From a virus (taxonomy: Duplodnaviria > Caudoviricetes), in IMG/VR virus record IMGVR_UViG_3300022602_000025: a stretch of DNA of 64,000 bases. One strand, written 5' to 3'. The notes beneath the pieces are model-generated. The model was not told where the DNA came from. It made no database searches and worked only from the letters and a program-made list of their open reading frames with translations. The first letter of the stretch is position 1; each line of letters begins with the position of its first letter. The position numbers were made by a program, and so were the translations under genes. Shown here piece by piece: positions 49,185 to 57,176 of the stretch.

Positions 49185-50408
49185 ATGTTCATTGAAGACA
49201 TTATCTTAAAAGTTACCAACTTTAATTCGTGGGTAATTGGCGGCACATCAGTATCTATTAACTGGGCGCCTCAAGACGAGAAGTTTATCTACAGTATTGC
49301 TGAGCAGATTGCGTATTCTAAAAATTCGCTAACAGAAAAGCAAGCCATATACATAGTTAGACTATTGAATAGAAATAGAGATCAAATCATTCCTTACATT
49401 CCTCATCTTGATTCTTTTTTGATTAGTCCTAAATGGAAGGATCCGTTTAGAGTATTGCCTAGATCTAAGAAATTAGACATTGAAAAACTGAATGACGAAT
49501 TAGTCATTACAGCTGAGTTTCCATTTGACACAATTATCGTAGAAACCCTGCGTAAACAAAATTCAACAGCACGTATGTTTGAAAAAGGTGCGTGGAGTAA
49601 TGACGTTAGAAAGTGGGTATACCCGTTGAATGAAAACAATATTCTCAAACTTGGTGATATGCTATTGCCACGAGAATTTTCAGCATCAGACGAATTTCTA
49701 AATCTCTATCAAGAAGCAAAAGTCATTCGTGATGATATAGAAAAGCACTTACCGATGGTAGTGTTGGACGACAACAAATACCAAATTAAAAACGCACACC
49801 GTAATATACCTCAGCCAGAAACAGACAATGTTACTACGGCTCTGTTCCATGCTAGAAAATATGGAATACACATTTGGGATGACGAAATCCAAAAACAATT
49901 TGATGATCAAGTCAAGCCTATTACCAAAAAAATACTATTGCATCAGTCTGGTACTAATGAACAGCTATGGATTGACAGTCGTGTAATTCCACTTGATGCG
50001 TTTGACGACTTGATTAATAACAGCGAAAAAATATTGGTAATCATTCCTGGTGGAAGTGAACTAGAAATGATTAAACAATGGAATGAGCTTGCACTACGCA
50101 ACGGATTATCTCGTGAACGTTTGTCAGTATTGTTCCGCTTGCCTAACGAACAAGCAGACTTTAACAAATACGTGAAAGATAATCTTTTAAACAACCCAAT
50201 TGATGAAAATACCAAAATTGTTTTCATCAGTACTAAAATCACTAAACCATTAGTAAAAGCAGGTCTACAGTTTGACACAATTTTTAATCTAGGCTATTAT
50301 AGCTCGATGCATTTTAGTGTTTCCGCTGTGGTTGAAAATGTTTGTAATTTAGTGTATTATAGTATGAAGGAACCGAATCCACGCAGACAATGGCAACAGC
50401 TAAGATAA
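49185..50408 (+). CDS. Hypothetical protein coupled to UvsW (407 aa), possible HARP-like segment
   Basis: LTEKQ motif, then WSNDVRKWVYPL resembling HARP-type strands. Overlaps the uvsW start. Confidence 0.55.
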   Translation: MFIEDIILKVTNFNSWVIGGTSVSINWAPQDEKFIYSIAEQIAYSKNSLTEKQAIYIVRLLNRNRDQIIPYIPHLDSFLISPKWKDPFRVLPRSKKLDIEKLNDELVITAEFPFDTIIVETLRKQNSTARMFEKGAWSNDVRKWVYPLNENNILKLGDMLLPREFSASDEFLNLYQEAKVIRDDIEKHLPMVVLDDNKYQIKNAHRNIPQPETDNVTTALFHARKYGIHIWDDEIQKQFDDQVKPITKKILLHQSGTNEQLWIDSRVIPLDAFDDLINNSEKILVIIPGGSELEMIKQWNELALRNGLSRERLSVLFRLPNEQADFNKYVKDNLLNNPIDENTKIVFISTKITKPLVKAGLQFDTIFNLGYYSSMHFSVSAVVENVCNLVYYSMKEPNPRRQWQQLR

Positions 50409-51850
50409 CAATTAAAGACGAAGTCAATGTTAAAATTGAAGGATTAGATCTTGACACACGGAAAGATTTAGTTAAGAAATTTAAGTATTTTGACCAAAAG
50501 GCCCGCTATATGCCGGCCTACCGCCTTGGGCGTTGGGATGGATGTACTCCATTTTTTGGACTAGGTGGAACCACTTATGTTAGTCTATTAGACAGGGTGT
50601 TACCACTTTTAGACCAGTGGGGATACTACATTGAAGTAGAGGACCTAAGACGCCCAATTACCCTGGAATTTCCCAAAGTTCAGGCAGATTTTTGGGGTGA
50701 TGCGACATGGCCAGAAGGACACAGATTTGCTGGTGAGCCAATTCGTTTACGTGATGACCAAGTTGAGGTAGTCAACAAGTTCCTTGAGAATCCACAATGT
50801 ATCCAAGAAATTGCCACTGGCTTTGGTAAGACAATTACCACCGCAACTTTGGCGAAAATTTGTGAAAAATACGGTCGAACAGTGACTATTGTTCCAAACA
50901 AAAGTTTAGTTGAACAAACTGAAGAAGACTTTATCAACTGTGGTTTAGACGTTGGTGTGTACTACGGCGACAGAAAAGATTTAGATAAAACGCACACAAT
51001 CTGTACTTGGCAAAGTTTGAATATTTTGGACAAAAAAGGCAAAAATGCCTCAGAAAATGAGGAAATTTTGACCGTTGCAGAATTGCTGGATAATGTGAAA
51101 ACTGTCATGGTTGACGAAGTTCATATGGCCAAGGCAGAAGTTTTAAAAAACTTGCTAACTCGCAACCTTGCTTACACACCAATCCGTTGGGGTTTAACAG
51201 GAACCATTCCAAAAGAGGATATTGACTTCGAAAATATCCGTGCAAGCCTGGGAGAAGTGGTTCATCGTGTCAAGGCACATGAATTGCAAGAAGCAGGTGT
51301 GTTAAGCGATTGTCATGTGAATATTGTACAGACGCAAGAGTGGAAAGAGTTTGGAAGTTACCCAGAAGAATTAAAATATCTTGTCACAGATGATAACAGA
51401 ATGGCATGGGTAGCCAAGCTAATTAACAAAATTTCTGATTCAGGAAACACTCTAGTACTAGTAGATAGAATTGAATCAGGAAAGTTTTTAGTAAATGAAT
51501 TACCTGACTCAGTTTTTATCAGCGGTGCTGTAAAAACAAAAGATAGAAAAGAAGAATATGATGAAGTTAAAACTGCTGATAACAAGATTATTGTGGCGAC
51601 TTACGGTGTGGCCGCTGTGGGTATTAATATTCCTCGGATTTTCAATATGGTGCTTCTGGAGCCCGGAAAGAGCTTTGTCCGCGTTATCCAATCTATTGGA
51701 CGAGGCATTCGCAAAGCAGACGATAAAGACTTCGTCCAAATCTGGGACATAACAGCAAATTCAAAATATGCGAAACGACACTTGACAGAGCGAAAAAAAT
51801 ACTACAAAGAAGCCAAGTACCCGTTTACAATTGAAAAGGTTAAAATATAA
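50390..51850 (+). CDS. uvsW: SF2 DNA helicase
   Basis: LRDDQ, IATGFGKT, MVDEVH, GLTGT, ATYGVAAVGINIP, QSIGRGIR. Confidence 0.95.
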   Translation: MATAKITIKDEVNVKIEGLDLDTRKDLVKKFKYFDQKARYMPAYRLGRWDGCTPFFGLGGTTYVSLLDRVLPLLDQWGYYIEVEDLRRPITLEFPKVQADFWGDATWPEGHRFAGEPIRLRDDQVEVVNKFLENPQCIQEIATGFGKTITTATLAKICEKYGRTVTIVPNKSLVEQTEEDFINCGLDVGVYYGDRKDLDKTHTICTWQSLNILDKKGKNASENEEILTVAELLDNVKTVMVDEVHMAKAEVLKNLLTRNLAYTPIRWGLTGTIPKEDIDFENIRASLGEVVHRVKAHELQEAGVLSDCHVNIVQTQEWKEFGSYPEELKYLVTDDNRMAWVAKLINKISDSGNTLVLVDRIESGKFLVNELPDSVFISGAVKTKDRKEEYDEVKTADNKIIVATYGVAAVGINIPRIFNMVLLEPGKSFVRVIQSIGRGIRKADDKDFVQIWDITANSKYAKRHLTERKKYYKEAKYPFTIEKVKI

Positions 51851-52353
51851 TGCAAATACTAACGTTAGATAACAAGACATTCTATCTGAATGATCTTCCA
51901 GAAGAAATAGATGAGGATCTTAGATATGCTGTCATGGATAACAGTGACCCGCATAATCCAGATTATTTTTATCTACCCTTAATCTTTTTAGAATCATTTA
52001 GTGGTCCTGCCGCTGTATTGAGAATAGGAAAACATGAAGTAACCATGCCGTTAGACTGGTGTACGATCGTAGGAGATCCTACAGGACCAGAGATGGAAGT
52101 GCTTCCGTTAACCAGTTTGAATGATCGTGGGTTTAAGACTTTCTGTTTTAATCCGCTGAAGAGCTTTAGACCAGAGTTCCATGAAATTGACATCATTAAT
52201 GTGTACCCAGAAGTTAAATGGTACTTCCCTAAAATGAAACCAGGACAGCTATTATGTACACCGTTGCATAGTGGAGGAAATCCGTTGTGCGCCTACTTTG
52301 TTAAAGAAGTCAGCAGACAAAGCGAAGTAGTATATTATACTAAGTGTTGGTAA
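51850..52353 (+). CDS. Hypothetical protein, possibly a degenerate Hint-fold domain (167 aa)
   Basis: Beta-rich pattern (ILTLDNKTFYLNDL; VLRIGKHEVTMPLDW) reminiscent of Hint blocks, but the catalytic residues are absent. Confidence 0.55.
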   Translation: MQILTLDNKTFYLNDLPEEIDEDLRYAVMDNSDPHNPDYFYLPLIFLESFSGPAAVLRIGKHEVTMPLDWCTIVGDPTGPEMEVLPLTSLNDRGFKTFCFNPLKSFRPEFHEIDIINVYPEVKWYFPKMKPGQLLCTPLHSGGNPLCAYFVKEVSRQSEVVYYTKCW

Positions 52354-52354
52354 T

Positions 52355-52639
52355 ATGGGCAGTCTTAAACCAGGTGCAACATACATTTATGAACGTCAAG
52401 GCGGGACAATATATGCTCGCGAATTTGGCGCACCTCATGAAGAGAGATTCGCTATAGGTTGGGATTGGGAACCAGAAAACAATCCAGCAAGAGTTAGAGG
52501 AGCGAGCGTGGACGATATTAGAGAATCACACCTTTGGCACGAAATTAAAAAAGCATCACTAACCAATCCTGCTTTACATGAAGCAATTGAACGTGTTAAA
52601 ATATTATATTACTTGAGCCAAGAAAAAGATGCCACTTGA
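52355..52639 (+). CDS. Hypothetical protein (94 aa)
   Basis: Coupled ORF in the replication operon. Confidence 0.65.
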   Translation: MGSLKPGATYIYERQGGTIYAREFGAPHEERFAIGWDWEPENNPARVRGASVDDIRESHLWHEIKKASLTNPALHEAIERVKILYYLSQEKDAT

Positions 52640-53084
52640 TATTAAACGTGAACTAGCAGGTGTAGATCTTAGAAATTACGATTTCTATGATAAGTTACCT
52701 CCAGAAGAGCAAAAAGAATTCTCACCATATGTGTTGATGCGATACGTATCAAATGTTGATGGCGATAGAGATGCTCAGGAATATTTTATTGAAATGACTA
52801 ATGAGCTAGTCAATAAAAATCACTGGGTGTTGAGTAAAAATCATAAGGCATTGTTGTGGAAACTGTTTGCAGGATGTGGTGCAGGTGTTAAGATGTATCA
52901 CCCATATCTTAAAGCAAATTCAAAAGAAAAAGCAAACAAGATTGAAAAGTTGCTTGTAGAATTGTACCCAGCGGCCAAACTATCAGACATCAAATTACGA
53001 GCTAAGATGATGACTAAAGCAGACAAAGAAGAACTGTTTGATAAGATGGGTTTTGATAAGAAACAACGAAAAGAATACGAATGA
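52629..53084 (+). CDS. Clamp-loader small subunit-like (T4 gp62-like)
   Basis: FSPYVLMRYVS...MTNELVN...HPYLK...LYP pattern and size resemble gp62 of T4-like phages. Confidence 0.55.
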   Translation: MPLDIKRELAGVDLRNYDFYDKLPPEEQKEFSPYVLMRYVSNVDGDRDAQEYFIEMTNELVNKNHWVLSKNHKALLWKLFAGCGAGVKMYHPYLKANSKEKANKIEKLLVELYPAAKLSDIKLRAKMMTKADKEELFDKMGFDKKQRKEYE

Positions 53085-53776
53085 TGCAATTAGCAGACCA
53101 ACCGTTTAGCTGTACACATTGTGGCAAGGCTTTCATGAAAGAAAAGACCTTGTTTGCCCACATGTGTGAGCCAAAGCGCCGTGCTATGCAACAAAGTGAA
53201 AAGCGTGTACAAGCAGGCTTCATGGCATTCAATCGTTGGTTTAGACTCGCACAAGGCAGTAAGAAAGATAAGACATACGAAGATTTTTGTAAGTCAGCAT
53301 ACTACAATGCCTTTGTAAAATTTGGCAGTTTCGTTAATAACGTAATGCCATTGTATCCAGAAAAGTTTGTAGACTTTGTGATCAAAAGCGGAGTTAAACT
53401 AGACCATTGGTGTCGTGACGAACTGTACGAAACATATCTGTATGAGATGTTAAAAGTTGAACCAGTTGAAGCTGCCGTACAACGTACTATCACAACAATG
53501 ATGGAGTGGAGTGATTCTAGCGGAGCCCAGTGGTATCATTATTTTAACTATGCAAACTTTAATCGTGTAGTGCATGATATTCGCAACGGTAAGATCAGTG
53601 CGTGGGTGATTTTAAACTGTGCCACTGGCAAAAGTATGTTAGAAAATTTCAATGACGAACAACTTGAACTTATCCAGCCAGCACTTGATATTGCCTATTG
53701 GGTCAAACACTTTAAATCAAATCCAGCTGATGTTGCCTTGGTTAAGGAAATATGCAAGGAGAGCGGAATTGACTAA
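53081..53776 (+). CDS. C2H2-like zinc-finger protein of the replication operon (231 aa)
   Basis: FSCTHCGKAFMKEKTLFAHMC at the N-terminus, followed by a helical body. Confidence 0.7.
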   Translation: MMQLADQPFSCTHCGKAFMKEKTLFAHMCEPKRRAMQQSEKRVQAGFMAFNRWFRLAQGSKKDKTYEDFCKSAYYNAFVKFGSFVNNVMPLYPEKFVDFVIKSGVKLDHWCRDELYETYLYEMLKVEPVEAAVQRTITTMMEWSDSSGAQWYHYFNYANFNRVVHDIRNGKISAWVILNCATGKSMLENFNDEQLELIQPALDIAYWVKHFKSNPADVALVKEICKESGID

Positions 53777-54131
53777 ACCATTAGCTACTTCTCAAGAGTT
53801 GCAAGACTTTTGCCAAACATTTGAAGCTCATGCAGAAAAAAGTCCACGAGTATTTAGACGTGCAGTTAAACACGAATACAATTGGTATTGTGATCCGGAC
53901 GCTCTATCAACCGATGATTTTGGTTCTTATCAGATGAAGATAGAAAATATTGAAGCATTAGCAATACATATTCCTTATCATAGACTTGATGATTTTTATC
54001 AGGTAGTAAGTGATAAAAGAAAATATAAAGAGATGGAAATTAGGAATAGAGTGCCTGCCGTTAAGCTAGCATACGAACGTTATCAGATGTTGTTAAAGAT
54101 GTGTGGCGGAGATTACGATGCCGGATATTGA
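53769..54131 (+). CDS. Hypothetical protein (120 aa)
   Basis: TTG start overlapping the previous stop, with GGAG ~7 nt upstream. The longer start in the ORF track is unlikely. Confidence 0.6.
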   Translation: MTKPLATSQELQDFCQTFEAHAEKSPRVFRRAVKHEYNWYCDPDALSTDDFGSYQMKIENIEALAIHIPYHRLDDFYQVVSDKRKYKEMEIRNRVPAVKLAYERYQMLLKMCGGDYDAGY

Positions 54132-54684
54132 TATCGACTTTGCTGACAGAACTAAAGTGCTCGATGTTATTGAGCATATTCCTGCACGTATAGACACTCA
54201 CAAAAAACATAACACAGGTGTATTTTGTCAAAAGATACCTGTTGATCCGATGACAGGGTTAGCTAGTATAAACTACAAAGAAGCAGAAGAAAGAGGCTAT
54301 TTTAAAATAGACTTTTTAAATGTCAGTATCTATGAAAAAGTTAAAGATGAAGAACATCTCATCAATTTAATGAATAAGGAGCCACTATGGGATCTAATGG
54401 AACAGGACGACTTCACGAATCTTCTCTTTCACGTGAATGGGCACGGGCACGTATTGAGGCTGATGAAACCGAGAAGTATAGAACAGCTCGCGGCTTGTCT
54501 GGCAATCATACGCCCCGCAAAGAAACATCTCTTAGGGAAATCGTGGAAGGAAGTTATGCAAGACGTGTGGACGAAACCAACGACTGACGAGTACTACTTT
54601 AAGAAGGCTCACGCAATGGCGTATGCTATAGCGGTAGTAGTACAGATGAATTTAATTTGCGAAGAACTTAACGAACACGTCTAG
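54118..54684 (+). CDS. Miniature DNA polymerase III alpha (DnaE/family C) catalytic core (188 aa)
   Basis: Ordered DnaE motifs MPDIDIDF, KHNTGV, GYFKIDFL, LAIIRP, YFKKAHAMAYA. SD ggag 6 nt upstream of the ATG at 54118. Confidence 0.8.
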   Translation: MPDIDIDFADRTKVLDVIEHIPARIDTHKKHNTGVFCQKIPVDPMTGLASINYKEAEERGYFKIDFLNVSIYEKVKDEEHLINLMNKEPLWDLMEQDDFTNLLFHVNGHGHVLRLMKPRSIEQLAACLAIIRPAKKHLLGKSWKEVMQDVWTKPTTDEYYFKKAHAMAYAIAVVVQMNLICEELNEHV

Positions 54685-55054
54685 GGTTTTTAACTAGCTG
54701 TATTGATTTACGTTTGATACGTTTTTCAGCTATGTCGCTAAGATTAACTGTAGGACCAAAGACTATTGTAACGTCTTTGCTGTTGAATGTTTTTATTGTA
54801 GGGCGGAATTGTAGCATGTCCGCTTTTAAGAATATGTTGATGGGTATTTTACGATTAGATTCCCACCACCAAACTTCGCCTAGTTCTAGAAATCGCTGTT
54901 TCTCTAGATCTGTACGAATAACCCCGAGATCATATATGCTGGTAACATTCATATCGTAATTTATAATGATACCGACGTATTCCTCATCACAGGATCTTAT
55001 ACAAGTAATAAATGGAAAATTTTGTTGAAATTGGTCAGTTTTTTGTGCTGTCAT
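54668..55054 (-). CDS. Hypothetical protein (128 aa)
   Basis: Compact ORF with a WWWESNRKIPINIFL motif, convergent with mini-DnaE and divergent from 55074. Confidence 0.7.
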   Translation of the reverse strand: MTAQKTDQFQQNFPFITCIRSCDEEYVGIIINYDMNVTSIYDLGVIRTDLEKQRFLELGEVWWWESNRKIPINIFLKADMLQFRPTIKTFNSKDVTIVFGPTVNLSDIAEKRIKRKSIQLVKNPRRVR

Positions 55055-55073
55055 TATCTAATAAATACGTATT

Positions 55074-56174
55074 ATGAACAAGTTACCAGTCTATTTATAT
55101 CCCAATACTTTAACGGTACTGCTAGATTTGGACGAAAATAGGAGCACGAATAACGTTATGTATCAACGCAAACTAACCATCCAAAAAGGTTACAGAGATA
55201 GTATCCAAATCCAGTTTAAGAACTCGGATCAAAAGCCTTTACCTCTTTCTTCAACTACTTATGTATTTGATATGATAGACCCTGACGGAAGAGAATTAGT
55301 ATTAAGCAAACCGTTAGTAATGATAGACGATACTGTGGTCTATACATTAAATCAAGCTCAGACTGGAACTAATGGCACACTAACATTTGATAACACTACA
55401 GGTATTATTCCTGGACAGGCTGTAACAGGGTTTGGCCTACAAGCCAACACTATAGTAACCAATGTTCAAAGCGGTACAGTCAGCATCAGTGCACCTACTA
55501 TCTATCAATTAACAACTTCAACAACGATTACATTCAGTACTGTGGCTAAACGTGGTCTAGCTCTAGCACAGTTTGAACCAATTGAAACTATTAACCTATC
55601 ATCAGGTGACTACAAGTTCATAGTTAAACAAGACAACGGTGATGGTACATTTACTCCTGCGTATGCTAACACTTACTATGGCATCACAGGCGAAGTTAGT
55701 GTTGTAGATGACGGATTCCCAATTGGATTCCCAGTACAAACAATCGCACGTAATCAACTTACTACCAGCGGTAGCCAATTCAATAGAACATTTGGCACAC
55801 AAGGCTATAATTTCTATTCAGGTTGGTTCCGTCCAATATCACATTCTGTAACTACATCAACAGCGCAGAGCGTTTTAATTGCTCTAAGCAATTTTGCTGG
55901 AACAGTTACAGTTGAAGGTACATTAGATAACGTACCTAGCGGAATTGGTGCCGCTAATGCTCAAGCATTCACCATAACCAACTATGTTTCTACATTACCT
56001 ACACAAGGAAATGTCCAATTAAGTTGGAACACAGCAGCCGTAGCCATTCGTGTAGTGGTTGTACCTGCTAGTGATGCATTTGGTAATAATTATTATCCAA
56101 GTGGCAATCCGCCCGGAAGCAATATCAATCAATTCCCAAGCGGTTTCGTTGACTCTATCCAATATTTCAGTTAA
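55074..56174 (+). CDS. Late-expressed beta-rich structural protein (366 aa)
   Basis: TAAATA-6 nt-ATG. Thr/Ser/Gly-rich Ig-like composition; KLTIQKGYRDSIQIQFKNSDQKP. Confidence 0.55.
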   Translation: MNKLPVYLYPNTLTVLLDLDENRSTNNVMYQRKLTIQKGYRDSIQIQFKNSDQKPLPLSSTTYVFDMIDPDGRELVLSKPLVMIDDTVVYTLNQAQTGTNGTLTFDNTTGIIPGQAVTGFGLQANTIVTNVQSGTVSISAPTIYQLTTSTTITFSTVAKRGLALAQFEPIETINLSSGDYKFIVKQDNGDGTFTPAYANTYYGITGEVSVVDDGFPIGFPVQTIARNQLTTSGSQFNRTFGTQGYNFYSGWFRPISHSVTTSTAQSVLIALSNFAGTVTVEGTLDNVPSGIGAANAQAFTITNYVSTLPTQGNVQLSWNTAAVAIRVVVVPASDAFGNNYYPSGNPPGSNINQFPSGFVDSIQYFS

Positions 56175-56177
56175 AAT
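56149..56177 (+). promoter_or_regulatory. Sigma70 promoter for primase, -35 embedded in the upstream gene
   Basis: TTGACT(56149)-17-TAAAAT(56172), then only 6 nt to the primase ATG. Confidence 0.7.
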
Positions 56178-56183
56178 AGCAGT

Positions 56184-57176
56184 ATGAATCTCATACTCGC
56201 AACTGTACAAGCAGCCTTGCCACCTAAACGTAAAATTACGCCTAGTGGCTGGACCAGCTTCAATGCGGTTTGCTGTACACACAATGGCGAAAGGCCAGAT
56301 AATCGTAAGAGAGGTGGATTTTTACTCAGTGGCGATGGCTTCCAATACCACTGTTTCAACTGTAACTTCAAAGCAGGGTGGACTCCTGGTAAAACACTAA
56401 GTAAAAACACTAAAAATCTCTTGAAGTGGTTAAACATATCAGACGAAGAAATCAACAAGTGTGTCATTGAAGCACTAAAAAGCAAAGATGAGATCCAAGC
56501 AACACCTGTGCCTAAGAATTTTGTCATTGAGCCAAGACAATTACCAGATAATGCTCTTCCAATAGAAGCATGGATGGACGCAGGTTGCGAAGAACCAGAA
56601 TTTTTAGAAGTGGTTGCGTACATTTTAGACAGAGGCATGGAACTTGATTGGTACAACTGGCACTGGACTCCAGAAGCAGGTTATCGTGATCGTGTGATAG
56701 TGCCATTTTACCTAGAAAAGAAGGTTGTAGGCTATACAGCACGAAAAATACGACCAGGCAATCCAAAATATTTGACTCACATTAGTCCAGGTTATGTTTT
56801 TAACATCGACGCACAGGACTGGGATAGAAAATATGTGATAGTGGTTGAAGGGCAGTTTGACGCTATCGCGGTAGATGGTGTTGCTATTGGTCATAATGAC
56901 CCAAATGAAGCCCAAATTTCCAGAATTAACGCATTGGGCAAGGAAGTCATAATCGTGCCTGACAACGACCGTCCTGGGGCTAAATTAATATCCGCGGCAC
57001 TTGAAAATAATTGGTCAGTGAGTTTACCTGACTGGGGCGACGATGTAAAAGACGTTGCAGATGCGGTTAAAAAATATGGCAGAATTTACACACTTTTCAC
57101 GATTTTACAGTATCGCGAACAAAATCAAATAAAAATACAATTACTAAAGAAGAAACTAGAACATGGCGCAGAATAA
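56184..57176 (+). CDS. gp61: DNA primase
   Basis: Zn-binding CCTH...YHCFNC and TOPRIM VVEGQFDA...IVPDND...DWGDDVKDVAD. Confidence 0.92.
   Translation: MNLILATVQAALPPKRKITPSGWTSFNAVCCTHNGERPDNRKRGGFLLSGDGFQYHCFNCNFKAGWTPGKTLSKNTKNLLKWLNISDEEINKCVIEALKSKDEIQATPVPKNFVIEPRQLPDNALPIEAWMDAGCEEPEFLEVVAYILDRGMELDWYNWHWTPEAGYRDRVIVPFYLEKKVVGYTARKIRPGNPKYLTHISPGYVFNIDAQDWDRKYVIVVEGQFDAIAVDGVAIGHNDPNEAQISRINALGKEVIIVPDNDRPGAKLISAALENNWSVSLPDWGDDVKDVADAVKKYGRIYTLFTILQYREQNQIKIQLLKKKLEHGAE

Noticed and set aside
53652-53768. N-terminal extension of ORF 53652, and similar extensions at 46331, 45604, 54103, 27612, 59168, 62485, 63460, 63753
   Set aside because: These overlap upstream genes or regulatory DNA. 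Downstream starts have better SD, stop-start coupling or promoter spacing.
54118-54684. Treating mini-DnaE as a pseudogene fragment
   Set aside because: It has an intact SD, start and stop, all catalytic motifs are preserved in order, deletions fall between motifs, and no frameshifted remnants lie alongside. Kept as a finding instead.
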